From Octopus vulgaris (Eukaryota), in the NCBI GenBank assembly GCA_951406725.2, contig OX597832.1:12586001-12650000 (forward strand): a DNA stretch of 64,000 nt, written 5' to 3'. Shown here piece after piece: positions 25,650-39,020 of the stretch. The translations under genes and the position numbers were made by a program. Within the stretch, counting starts at the first letter, position 1, and each line of letters opens with the position of its first letter. Under the pieces are notes generated by a model. That model did not search any database. It had not been told where the DNA came from and worked only from the letters and a program-made list of their open reading frames with translations.

Positions 25650-26552
25650 ATGTTATATATGTATCTATACATTTGTAATGTACGTTGCGATGATTTAAAT
25701 CATGTTATTTTTAATAGGCTTACTATTCTAGAATATCATGTTAGGAATGTTTTGTTTGTAGGATTTCATTTTATTTTATAATATTTTATATATTTACTTA
25801 TGCGTTCTGCTAATATACGTAGTGACATATTATTATGTGAACAATCTGGGACAATTTGTTGACATGAACGTTGTATGTAATTAGGAATATGTGTAAACAT
25901 GCTCTTTTTCAATAGACTTTGCTATTATCGGTTGAAGAAACGTGATGCAGCAAGCAAATGGTTTTTATCAACATCTTTAGTATTTTTGGCACTAAAACAA
26001 CGACTCAGCGTTGAATTCCGTAGTTTATTTATTGTTGAATGATCTCTTGTTGCTACTTTCCCCATTATATCAAATGAGATTTTAAATAAGAATGAAGGGA
26101 GAAAAGGTTGGAGAGATGGCTAAATATTATGTGTGTGCCAGATGTGAAAGCCAGTATGGCTGGAATAATGGAATGGAAAGAGAAAAAGGTGATAAATTTC
26201 GGTAGAATTAAATTATTGCCACATGGGAGGTAAGCCTAACCCGACAGTTGGTTAAACACCATAAACGTTGTCTTTAGGTATATTTTTAAAGTGATGATTC
26301 TTTAACAAGGGTGTGTGGATTGGATATGTGTTCTGAAGATAATTGAATATCGTTATTCTAGGATTCTAGCCTCAGCACCGTAGGTGTCATAGGTTTCGGC
26401 TTTATTTCTTCTATCAATTTCCCTGCTTCTGTAGAGATTACGAAATGACAATCATTAGAACCTAGTATAATGAGGAGTAGGGCCTCTAAGTTAAAATAAT
26501 CCCCGAAATCAACTGCACCATTCAGCTCTCAATACTTTTATTAGTTTTATAT

Positions 26553-26728
26553 AAGGCGGCGAGCTGGTAGAATCGTTAGCACGCCGGGCAAAATTCTTAG
26601 AGGCATTTCGTTGAATTAGCCTTTAATCCCTCGAGGTGCTAAAATAAGTACCAGTTGAGCATTGATGTCGATGTAATTTATTTTAATCTCCTTTTAAATT
26701 GCTGTCCCTGTACCAGAAATTGAAATCA
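26553..26728 (+). mobile_element. SINE family A monomer, internally deleted
   Basis: AAGGCGGCGAGCTGGTAGAATCGTTAGCACGCCGGGCAAAAT...AAATAAGTACCAGTTGAGC...AATTGAAATC. Confidence 0.85.
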
Positions 26729-27316
26729 GTAAATTTATTGCTTTATAGAGTAATTTATTGGTGGAATTGTTAGACTGTATTTTGGTAATTCTAGCTTTAC
26801 TTTGCGGCAGAAGTCTTTGGTCATTCGGTTCAAGACCACCACTTGATCATTAGTTGCAGAAAAATTAGTAAGTATTTTTTCCCTAGCTCTCAAGTTTGAA
26901 AACATTTCCTCTCATTCGATTCAGAAGAACTGAAAAACGACAAGAAATATTATGTTGAGAAGGATAGATTATGACCAAACGATAGTAAAAAAAGTCGAGA
27001 AAGACAGAAGAACCAGAGAAATAAGTGCGGCTCAATAAATATTGGAGTTGCAGGAGGACAAAATTAGCTCAAATTTCAAGATCACAAATGTAAGATTTTG
27101 TAAGAGACAAAACTAAGCGATAAACTTTCTTATCGCCACTGAAACAATAAAAAGATTATCATCTACAATAAACAGTTTATTACTTCGATCATCACATCAT
27201 TGGAGGTTGTCTTAGACGATGCTCAAACGAATTGATAAAATGTATGCATATTGATATATATGTCTACGTGTATACCACACACACATAGATACATATACAT
27301 ATACATATATATATAT

Positions 27317-27490
27317 GAATTTTTCCCTCTATCCTCCCACCTCGGGATATTTCTTTTTCCTATGTTTCCGACGAAGAGCTCCGCTCGAAACGTCATACCC
27401 TCCTTCTTCCCTTTTTTCCTGAGCGCCCAATAAAACTTTATTTGTTCCACATCCTCGCGTTGTTGTCTTTTTGTTTTCTTGTTTGGATTA

Positions 27491-27495
<5 letters not shown>
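27317..27495 (+). mobile_element. PLE-type terminal fragment in (TA)n
   Basis: Pyrimidine-rich block flanked by TA repeats; contains a hammerhead motif and ATCCTCGCGTTGTTGT shared with the 46860-47125 block. Confidence 0.65.
27364..27398 (+). ncRNA. minimal hammerhead ribozyme-like motif
   Basis: GTTT CCGACGA A GAGC-TCC-GCTC GAAAC GTC ATAC. One core change (U4C), perfect stem II, palindromic ACGT stem III, GUC triplet. Confidence 0.7.
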
Positions 27496-27555
<60 letters not shown>

Positions 27556-28158
27556 GTTGTCTACTCATTATGCAGAATGTGTCCACCTCCTTTACCTACA
27601 TCTTAGAGCCATCATGGCATCTGATGTAGCTTTTAAAACCATACAATGTTTTGAAAAGACACCCACATAGATTGCATTTCATAGATTGCACAACATACAT
27701 TGAAACACCAAGAGCTGCAGATAAGTTTTGATCTTTGTGGATCTAAAAATGTCTTTTGAGCCCTCCGTTAGATTTGCAAACCTTCTGGCATACATTGCAT
27801 TATAAGGTGTGCACAGTCATATAGGCCAAATACTTGGTGGAGGTTCGCAAATGTATGTACATTTATGCATGCATGTATGTGTGTATGTATGTAAGTATGG
27901 ATGGATAGATGGATATCATGATTTATTTTAGATGTTTCTTATTTATACGAAACAGTGGTATATTAAATAAAAACAAAACAACAAACGGCATAAAAATGAA
28001 CGTTTCACAATATTCAGTGTGTTACATAAGATAGGTTATTCAACTAGTCATAAGTAATATATGATATTAATATATACAAATTTATTACATTCATACACAA
28101 TAATAAAGACGGAATGAGAAAACTATATTGACTATTATTATGGACATTTATGCTTGTA

Positions 28159-28223
<65 letters not shown>

Positions 28224-28559
28224 GTATGTATGTATGTATGTATCTATGTATGTACGAATGTATAAATACATGTATGTAATGGATGCATACACGAAAAATT
28301 ATATACATCGGTTTTGCTGTATGAAATTAAGTATATTGGATTTAGACGCTATTGACAATAACGTAGATGTCTGACTTGTTGCTAACGACTATATATTAAT
28401 AATGGCAAATAATATTATTTTTTTTTCATCACTATTAATATCATTATTAAGAAATATACTATTAGTAATAATAAATATTAACAGCCACAATTGCAATAAC
28501 AATTCCAACCTCAACAGATAGGCATCATTGGTAATAATAATAAACTAGTGATATTACAT

Positions 28560-28650
28560 TCAAATTTTGGCACGAGGCCAGCGATATCAGGGAAGGGATA
28601 AATCGATTTCATCGACTATGGTACTTGACTGGTGTGTATGTTATCCCGAG
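28560..28650 (-). mobile_element. SINE family A 3' fragment
   Basis: TCAAATTTTGGCACGAGGCCAGC...AATCGATTTCATCGAC matches the 3' end of the 9868 copy. Confidence 0.6.
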
Positions 28651-28743
28651 TCATATCTTTTTTTGGTATAATTTTTAAAGGAAGGGGAAGAAGTTGATTC
28701 CATCGACGACGGTGCTTAATGTATATACATATATGTATATATA

Positions 28744-28792
<49 letters not shown>

Positions 28793-30436
28793 ATCTATAT
28801 ATATATACATATCTATCTATCTATATATATATATATATATATATATACTTTTGTGTCTGGGGAGAGTCATTTTCTTTTTGTGCCTTATAATTTAACATAC
28901 TCGCCGGTAAAATTTCTACTTAGTTCTTATTTTTATTTTTATTATTATAACTCACCCTAGACACAATATAATATGCTTCGAGACACGAAGTTACGTAAAG
29001 AATCTAGCAAACCAAACCCCAAAACATATGTATATATATACACATATATTTTGAAAGTCTATGAGAATTTTTTATAAGTTTTTGAAGTGTACAAGATATA
29101 TATATGTATCTGTATATATGATTGTATATAAATGTGTGTATGTTTATGTATTCAACTTTATATATACGCATGTATGTAAGCACGCATGTTTGTAGGCACG
29201 CATGTACGTATACATGCGATGGGTTCATTGACGAGTGCGTTGAGGCAGGAATGAGAATGAATGTTGCGAAATTTGAGACATCGATCATTTGAAACAAACA
29301 TTTCCAGTACTTTCACCATGTCAGAGGAATATCTCTGAGGTGAATGCTGAAGTTGAAGGAATTTGGCATCGTATACACGATTAATGGGAGACAGGAAAGA
29401 GAATTGTATACATAAATTGCAGGCATTGCTGCATTGATTCTAGGAAGAGAGGTTGGCAAAATAGCCAAACTTGTCATCTCCTCTCCGGTACTCGAACCAA
29501 TCTTCGTGTAGTGTCGTGTAGTGTCCAAAAGAATACGATCGGGAATACCGTGTCCGAAATGGGGTTTCCCCTTGGTGGATTGTGGAATAATGTTACTTAA
29601 TAGGGTATGTAGCTCGGGAATCAGGGTGTTTGTCGATGTGGAGTTACTACGTCACCGCACTTAGATGCAACAAACTCGGCATAACAGATATGCGGTTAGA
29701 ATACCACTCGAAAGGTTCACGAGACATATTCATGAAGCCGAGGCTAAGCATCAAGAGACATTGGAACTGGATAACGAGTGAGATATTTGGATAAAATACA
29801 TAGTTCCATTTAGCCAAAGTTGGGAATCCAACAAGAGATTTTTAATACGGTTGCTTTTAACAAAAACCTACGAAAGAGGTGGACCAAAACTTAAGACCGC
29901 TCAGGAGTAGTTGTGCAGCGAAAATGATGTATTCATGTATATTACATCCACACAAAAAACTACGCACGCATACACATAAACAAATACAGCTACATGCATA
30001 TACATTGATTACTTCTCTGCTCTATTTCTATACATGTGTCAGTATCACAGTTCGATATACTGCTGACATATGCAAAAGAAAAATCTAGTTATACACAAGG
30101 TATCATGATATAACCTTCGTTTACACAGAAACACACATTTGTATACATATATAGTCTACTCAGTTTTTACTGTCTTCCGTTGTATGCTCACACATATATA
30201 AATACGGTGTTGCATATTTTATGTATGTATATTGAAGTGTATATACAATTATTGATATAATGACAAATAACTATAAATAGTCGCATCCTGTGAATACATA
30301 CAAATTACGTATATAGACGGACGCATACTCGTTCGTAGAGGTACCACACATACATACACATAAATACGTGTGTGTGTTTTGTGTGCGTAAGTATATGCAT
30401 ATATATGTACTTACATATACATGTAAATTTTCTGTT

Positions 30437-30471
<35 letters not shown>

Positions 30472-30523
30472 CATACATATATATATACATAAATATAATA
30501 CATATATGTGTGTGTATATGCAT

Positions 30524-30563
<40 letters not shown>

Positions 30564-31317
30564 GTGTGTGCATATATATATATATATATATATTATATAC
30601 ATATATATATGCATATATACATACATTGTGCATACAATTAACAACGTGAAGTTCTGTAAACATACACAATCCTTGTATAAATGATCGCCTTTTTCATCAG
30701 GTATATTGCTTTTTGGCTTCAATAAATAGTTGCCTTCCTGTAGGATATTAACTACAAAGTACAGGAGAAGGAAATTAGTTATTGATTCACAGGGGTTAGC
30801 CAGAGAACATACTCTCCTAGATGAATTAACAATATAATTTCTACACTATGGAAGCAGGAACGTTCTAATATTTTGTATGTTAACTGTTAACTATATTGAT
30901 TTCGTTTTGGATGAGTGGCAATAAGATACACGAAAGATGGTCACGATTTGAGTGGTTTTTATCCATGGTACGCAGCTGAATTTAAGCATGAAGAAAACAC
31001 CGTATCTTACGAATAAATTCCAAATAACATGAACATGGTCTATATCAAGTTGAATTACATTACTTTCCAATTATAGCACCGACCTCAGTACGAGCTTCAG
31101 AACAAACTGCATATATATATATATATATATATATCCATTACTGTCCACTTCAAGGATCATGCTTCTAAGTGCAAGAAGAGAGGATATCACTCGCTGATAT
31201 ACAACAGAATATTAAGTGTCTCTAGAAAGTATATAAAATTTTATATTAGTAAGTACACATAGATCCCGAATTAATTTCGTATCCAGGCTTATTTTGTAAT
31301 ACATCACAGATGATAAC

Positions 31318-31740
31318 AGAGTTTAGGTATCTCGAGGTCATATATTCCTGTAATGGGAAGCAGGAGAAGAAACCACATGCTTAAATCGCAGGTACTCGTA
31401 TATTAATATGCCAGCTAGAGCATTTGAACCTAAGAAGAGGATAGGTTTGTAAAAGACTCTGGCCATGGCTGTTCAATAATAACCAAAGGAGCAGGGTCGG
31501 GAATACAGAGGTCGACATGGTTCTTCTTCGTATAACATCTGTAGCAAAGCTACTCAGCACAGTGTGTAGATCAGAGATCAGGGAGTCTCTATGAGTTGAG
31601 CTATTTTGCCGTATTTATAGGTCATAGGTGTGTACTAAGGTCATGTGGTTGGAATGAAAGATTTGAAAAACAGGTTCTTGGAGCCAAGTTAAAAGCCAGA
31701 ATACACTGAGGAAGACCAAGAGCGAGATGGTTGCATCTAT
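31318..31740 (+). pseudogene. RTE-clade LINE C-terminal remnant
   Basis: EFRYLEVIYSCNGKQEK (FxYLG-like), GHVVGM and KQVLGAKLKARIH*GRPRARWL occur in the expected order, with frameshifts. Confidence 0.75.
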
Positions 31741-32178
31741 ACATCTATAAATATGCATTTATAAATATAAGGGACGTGGTATAAATAACGTTTCTCTGAG
31801 GTATAAAATCGTGGACAGAAAACAGCTGTCGACATCAGTGAGGCAATCAAACTGACGTGCATTCATGCTTATCTGAGAAAATTCCAATTCTGAGAAGTAA
31901 AAAAATAATGAAAATATAAAACTGGTTTATTATAGAATGAAGTATGCTTTGTAGGGATGAACGAAGAAAGCATCCTAGTATAACAAGTATTTGAGGAAAC
32001 TGGTATATAAACGCTACTAACCAAGGAAAACCGACTAGCATGCCGATCACGTTCGAACAAGCTGCCATAGTTCACCATCACGCAAACACACACACACACA
32101 CACACACATGCAAACACAGACACACACAGGCACAGGCACACGGACATATACACACGTATGTACATGTCTGCATGCAAG

Positions 32179-32211
<33 letters not shown>

Positions 32212-32212
<1 letters not shown>

Positions 32213-32487
32213 CTCTACTTGTTTTGGATATTTGGCTGCGGCCATTCTTGAGCAACAATTTGAGGGGCTTTAGCCGACCAAATGGAGATCAGAGCGTATT
32301 ATTTTCAACCTAGTACTTTTTCTATCATTATCTTTTGCTGAACCGCTAAGTTACAGGGACGTAAACCCAATAGACTGACTGTCAAAATATATACCGTTAC
32401 ATATAGAAGTGATTCCTATAGTTTCCGTCTACCAAATCCACGCACGAAGATTTGATCGCCCTGAGGCTATAGTAGAAGACACTTGAT
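32212..32487 (-). mobile_element. SINE family B, 5'-truncated
   Basis: CTTTTGCTGAACCGCTAAGTTACAGGGACGTAAA and GTTTCCGTCTACCAAATCCAC...GAGGCTATAGTAGAAGACACTTG are reverse complements of parts of the 3897 copy. Confidence 0.85.
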
Positions 32488-32521
32488 CTTCTTAGCGCAC
32501 AATACCGCCATATGTGTGTGA

Positions 32522-32555
<34 letters not shown>

Positions 32556-33702
32556 GTGTGTACGTGCGCGTGTATGTTTTTACATACATACACAAACCAC
32601 TTGTACGCGTACATACACCCACACTTACATTCTCGCATGTATACACGGGCTAGAAATATAACAATAATGAAATTGTGAAAAGAGACGCTAAGAATCGGAG
32701 AGAGATGTCTAGAAGGTGAGAGAGGGAAAGTTCGAATAAGGTACGAGTTATCGTAAAATATAATATTATAATTTACAATAGTCACGAACGTCAAAATTTT
32801 CTAAGTATTGTTTATGGAGTAAAATATAATAATTATCAGTGGAACACTCTATTAACTCTTTTAATAATGACATGGAACGAGCGATACTGGATTCAAACAA
32901 GTGAATGAGGAAGAAATATTGTCTCCCATGTTATTAGAACATTTCTTTGCTGACAAGAAAGACAATTACCAATATCCGCATAGCCATTTTATAGAAAATG
33001 CTAGAACCATTTGCCAGTTGCTATCAACATTGATAATTCTTTCTTCAAAATTGTATAAATGACATGACATTAATTAGCTGTTCTCTTGGAGGAGAAAGGG
33101 GAAAACAAAATAGTCATAGTGAATACAGAATCAAAAGAAGAATAAATAAATAAATATAAACTATAAAACAAATTCAAAAGCCCGAAACGTGAAATAAAAA
33201 CAAACAAAATTCTGAACAGCAATTTTTAAGAAAGTATTGAATGAAAATGAAATGAAATTTCGGAAGTGTTTGTTAAAACAAGATGAAAATGCAATAGAGG
33301 CAGGAAGGAAGGAAGACCCAATATTAAACTAACTATCTACAGGAAATTGTTAAAAATCATTGAAAACAAAGCGTTTGTTCATTAACTTGGGAGATAAATG
33401 GCATTTAGTTTTATATATGTGAGTGTAGAAGCATGAACTTCTGTGTGCGTGTGCGTGTTAGCATACTTTTATTATTTAGTGAATTGTTGGGATTTATATG
33501 CGTAATTACCATGAACGACTGGAATCAGAACATGCGCAATTCTGCAATATTTCTGGCGGCTAAATCAGCAGGGGAGGATTGGAACTACTTTCTTCTTGCA
33601 GCTATACTACTTCTATTACTGCTGTCGATCTATCTATCTACTTCCTTTATATGTGATTTTGTCTCTTCTGCATATTTATATGTGTGTGAGTGTGAGGAGT
33701 GA

Positions 33703-33747
<45 letters not shown>

Positions 33748-33901
33748 TAGACAAATGAATTATCTTATTACGGATAATTCGAAAGATAACCGATACCTGG
33801 GTAGCAAACTCACAACAGAAAGGGCACGGTTGAAGTTACGACCATAGGGCATAAAATCCCATTCTTTCCTATACTTAATATATATATATATATATATATA
33901 T

Positions 33902-34146
33902 AATTAAGGGTTAAAGCAAAAAGTTGCTTAACCACATACCGAAAATTTAGAAATAGCAGCCAAACACCCCTTATTCCTTTTAACTACAGATATTACTCCA
34001 CAGATAACAATACTTGTAACTCACATAGGCAAAAGAAGAACAAAACCGAAATCAAACAGTCTTCGATTAATTGTGGACGCGTTTATAGGTTAGAATTATA
34101 CAAATTCACTCCTGTCATCAGCACAGTAGTTCGATAATTTATAAAT
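33902..34146 (-). mobile_element. PLE-type terminal fragment in (TA)n
   Basis: Flanked by TA repeats, carries a hammerhead motif, and its first ~60 bp recur at 53218-53280. Confidence 0.65.
34070..34127 (-). ncRNA. hammerhead ribozyme-like motif
   Basis: Reverse complement ACTGTG CTGATGA CAGG...GAATT-TGTAT-AATTC...CCTA TAAAC GCGTC CACAAT. Stem I TGTG/CACA, palindromic ACGCGT stem III, GUC triplet; G12 appears mutated to U. Confidence 0.65.
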
Positions 34147-34383
34147 TATATATATATATATATGCATATATTTGTATATATACATAGACTTACACACACA
34201 CGTGTGTGTGTGTGCGCGCGCTTATGTGCTGTCTTTAAGGTATATATTGCTATTCTATGAAAGACAAAGCATCAATATAAATACATATTCGTGAACTAAG
34301 ATATCTTGGTCTACTTGATATCTTATCTATTTGAAAGTGGTGTTAAACAGAAATGTCTTCAATGAGAGGATAATTTACGGGAC

Positions 34384-34770
34384 TTGTGGAGGCGCAATGG
34401 CCCAGTGGTTAGGGCAGCGGACTCTCGGTCGTAGGATCGCGGTTTCGATTCCCAGACCGGGTGTTGTGAATGTTTATTTATCGAAAACACCTAAAGCTCC
34501 ACGAGGCTCCGGCAGGGATGGTGGTGATCCCTGCTGTACTCTTTCACCACAACTTTCTCTCACTCTTACTTCCTGTTTCTGCCGTACCTGTATTTCAAAG
34601 GGCCGGTCTTGTCACTCTCTGTGTCACGCTGAATATCCCCGAGAACTACGGTAAGTGTACACGTGTCTGTGGAGTGACCAGCCACTTACACGTTAATTTC
34701 ACGAGCAGGCTGTTCCGTTGATCGGATCAACCGGAACCCTCGTCGTCGTAACCGACGGAGTGCTCCCTCC
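34384..34770 (+). mobile_element. tRNA-derived SINE, head C + tail T1, full length with TSD
   Basis: GGAGGCGCAATGGCCCAGTGGTTAGGGCAGCGGAC...GGTTTCGATTCCC, tail ending CGTCGTCGTAACCGACGGAGTG. TSD TAATTTACG(G/A)GAC at 34371 and 34771. Confidence 0.92.
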
Positions 34771-37700
34771 TAATTTACGAGACATCCAACACTTCTGAGC
34801 AAATACAATGTTCAAAGCAAAATTCATTGGCTCACAGTTAAGATATTCAGAGATGTAGCAAGGAATCACCAATTGATTGGAAGAGATCATATCTCACCAG
34901 AAGATCACAACTTGTAGTACCACAAAAAAAACATTAGCTATTCTTCCTTAAAACAACTATTTTATCATCATATCACCATCACAATTTCAAATACACAACA
35001 CCATATCTTTACTCCAAGATCAGTCTTGAATTTGTCAGAATCATATTTTTGATTCCTCACGAGGTTTCCGTTTCTGTAGTGGTTGTATATCAAATATCGG
35101 TGTAGTTCATCTTTCTATACACACGGGTACTGCTTGTGGATCATGGATAACCCATCCAGTACCAAAACAGAGGAAAATAAACGGAATGCTAATCATAATT
35201 TATCGAATATCAGAGGTTAAACATTCTATTAATATAACATAATGTAATATTCTTAACAGAACAAGCTCATATACCAGTGAATTAGGCAAATGTAGATTCT
35301 GGTAATCTACTAAGTGCAATAAATTGTTTCTTGAACATATATCCCAGGGAATTTATCAAACTTAAGCGTTGTGGTATACAGATGATATATCTTACTATCT
35401 GTAAATATCATGAACATGGGATTACTTACAGAAGTTTATATAGACCCTGTGGTGAGCGTTGAGTTTCATATAGATTCACATTGAGTATTGAAATAGGGAT
35501 ACACTAAACATATAATAAATATAGGAAAACCGAGTGGAGTTGACACGCCGAAGCAATCGGTTTTGTTATAAATCTCCCTTACATAAATTATGCGATCAGT
35601 AGAAATTATTTCAAAGAAATATATTTCAGTCAATAATTTGCTTTTTAACTTATTGCTATCATGTGTATTTGATATTGATTCATTTTTATTAAATTTTAAT
35701 TCATCTTTATAATATATTGTTTCATTTTATTAACATAATTTTCATCAATACACAGAACGACTTGTTTTCCTCATCCATTATTTTCTTAAGATCATCATCA
35801 ATTCCATCACCATCATCATCATCATCAATATTATTATTATTATTATTATTATTAATGTATTCGTTATTGTCTATAATGTGGTTTCTTTCATTGTTAAAAT
35901 TTCACAAAGAAATTGTTCTGTAAATTGCGTGTTTGAAACAACACCCGATACATAAAACTCATTTGTTTACAAAGCAAGCATTTCTATCCTTATATGGAAG
36001 TTTGATATTGCGATTGATTTGGTCCTGCCGAAGAAAATTTATTGAAATATAGTGATGTTTGAATTTAATAATTCTGAATATTTGTTTCTTTCTATTTCCA
36101 TCAACTTTCTACTTCGAACAAATTCTATAGAAAGAATATTGTTAAAAAATTCATATTCTTTCAAATTTCCTTCAAGATGATCGATGTTCCACGCTAGTTT
36201 AGAATTCTTTTGTGTTGAGAGTAATTTCTTAGCAATTACTTTATTATATATGGATATTTTGTATTCTGTTTATCTCCAAATTCTCTTTGCATATGTAAAC
36301 TCTTATTCGTCTTCGTTTAATATGTTTACTTATCTATAAAATGCGGTGCGTTTCTCTCCAGCATAAAACTGAGTTAATATATGGAATGTCCATTGTCCTC
36401 ATCTTTTTGCTAATAATTATCCAGCTCAGACAATTATGACGGGCGGCATTTGAACAAGATAATATTCATATGAAATGCTGTAAATATTCATTTTTTCTAT
36501 GGAAAGTAGTGTAAAAGACATTATCGCGCGTAGTAAATATTCTTATATAGTAATGCCACATCATCTAAAGTTTAGTTGCGTTCAACTTATATCAGGATAT
36601 TCACTGATTAATGCTATAATAGATACGTCTTATTCATGTTAATTCATGTCTCACAGTATATATTAAGCAATTCTCAACGGCAATTTTCTTTTCTTTATAT
36701 ATTTAGAAATGCTTTCACACTCATATTCTACATTGTTCGGTCATTAACTGCCTTTGTATATAATTCAGTTTTATGCAATAAGTTTTATAATTCTTTCTTC
36801 TCTTTTATCTTCCAAAAATGAAGTATCTCTTTATTGTTTGTCAAATAATTTGACTTAAAGAACAGAAAATAAAGAAGAAACTATCTACAGTAGCAACCCC
36901 AACAACAAAACAACTGCAGATTATTTTATTTAAAATGGTAGATATTAACACTCTATCTTAGTAACCACTAGAGTATAACAGATTCGATGATACATAAAAG
37001 AATAAATTTGGTAACAGTTACTCTGACTTCAGAACTTATTCAATGGAAATTATCTGATATGTAGAAAGAAAGACTGCATGACACTGCCGAATCTACTCAA
37101 ACGCAGTGTCAGCTGCCAAGAGCTCTAGAACTGATTGTTGTTATATATCACTTTTTTCCCTTTTGTATATTTTTTCTTTTCTGCTCACGATAGCCAAGCA
37201 GCCACTCAAAAGTTCATTGAAAAGCGCCTTTTAGTCTTTTCTTGTCCAATGCTTTGAATAGCAGATTTGATATAATAATACTAAGGGCGTTATTGAATAA
37301 CACACATCTGAAGAATGCGTATAAGATTAAAAGAGATCAATAATCAATATCATAAATCAAAAGAGCCATAAATGTAACATCATAATGCTATTGTAAGGAT
37401 TCTATTACTCAAATGATTTCTCTGAATGATTGAATTCATATGCATTCTCTCATTCTTTCCTGTCTCCGACTAGGTAAGTTTTTGGTACATGGCTTTAAGG
37501 ATTCGTCCTCATAGAAAATTCCGGAAATATGTATAATTCACCATGCGAAAAAAAAGAAAGAGAAAGTGAAAGGAGACTTGTAGAATAAATGAATATAACA
37601 CATATTCTATCGGAAGGTGAATGATATTCTATAACGAGGAATTTCCTTACAAATATCTCACATTTTCTATGTATATAATATGCTTCTGATAAATAGCATG

Positions 37701-38594
37701 ACATAATCGAAAAAGAATTGAAGCTTTTCATCAGACATATTTTCAAAGGAAATTTTAAATTCCAAAAAGTGAGACACAAGATTACATGGAAAATTGTATG
37801 CAGCTACATTCGAAGTATATTCTAGGCCGCTGCAACGTACAATTTGACAAAGTAGCTGCTAGTTTCAAATTATCATTTTAGCATACTGATCAACAGGAAA
37901 AATATGGAGGACAGATTATATATATTTGAAATTCAAACAATGTCCAACCACTTAAACGACGGTCTTGATTTCTTATTAGTTAATGCTTAAGGACAAAGTA
38001 GGTGGAAAGATACATACACACACAAAATCATACATATACATACATGCACATACACATATAGCTTTGACGATTCTGTAAAGATTTAGTTAGATTTTAATTC
38101 AATAGCATTTCTGTGTCACAGAATTGAAACATGGGAATGATTAGGTTGAACCTCTTCAGCCTACCGTTTGAGGAAATAAGGAATGTAATTTAGTGATAGA
38201 ATAGTTGACACATAATTCTTTACGTGAACAATTCTTTCTTTTCTTCTTTTTTTGCATGTAATTTTCCATTCTGTCACGACGCATACTAGTTTCGAAAACA
38301 CACACACACACACATATACACACGTGTGTGTGGAGGGTGTATGGATTAGTGTATGTGTGTATATGAAAATATGAATCTATTTATTTATTGAATATTTATT
38401 CAGAAGACGCTTACAATATATAACCGTTTCAATCCATTATCACGTTCATTTATTTGTTTTATATATTTAATTATGCATATAGTCCTATGCTCAAGGACAT
38501 ATTCTTTCACAAATACAACATGCCCACTACTGAGTCATTCATATAGACACCCTACACACATATATACATATACCGACAGAGATAATTGTGTGCA

Positions 38595-38659
<65 letters not shown>

Positions 38660-38731
38660 GTATATATGTTATATATTACATTATATTATATATTGCATTA
38701 TATTAGATCATATTAGATATCAGGTATAAGT

Positions 38732-39020
38732 AAAGCCGTATGGCCTTGTGGTTAGGGTGTTGCATTCACGATCGCGCGGTAGTGAATTGAATTCCTATCC
38801 CGTGTGGTTCTTTATGTTTTCGAGCAAAGCACTTCATCTAGCGTTACTCTGGGATCATTTCGACACCGTACACCTGTTCCACCAACGTGGATTTGTTTGA
38901 GTGGGTAAGCAAATGATACAACACATTCATTTGATCACTATAAACAACTCATTTATGCAGGCCATTCGGGAAAAGCTGAACACACGTATATTATATCCGA
39001 TTAGAGAGTCCACGATATGT
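38732..39020 (+). mobile_element. decayed SINE, head D + different tail
   Basis: TGGCCTTGTGGTTAGGGTGTTG...GAATTGAATTCC...GAGCAAAGCACTTCATCT, then diverges from tail T1. Confidence 0.6.

Noticed and set aside
26085-26525. Possible LINE APE-endonuclease relic on the minus strand (TYDTYGAEARI…)
   Set aside because: The similarity is too fragmentary to support by eye.
29300-29800. Possible CR1/L2-like LINE 3' relic on the minus strand
   Set aside because: Only vague motif echoes (SLPRI, YNSL, PNSFN); not annotated without an alignment.
34388-34460. tRNA gene (also 5355, 10966, 52356)
   Set aside because: A and B boxes are present but there is no closing acceptor stem; each continues into a SINE body, several with TSDs.
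36066-36268. ~66-codon open stretch on the minus strand (…KLAWNIDHLEGNLKEYEFFNN…)
   Set aside because: No recognisable domain, bounded by stops, and no convincing splice sites; could be chance or a decayed element.
37470-37480. Strong splice-donor-like AGGTAAGT
   Set aside because: No upstream acceptor or open frame defining an exon.
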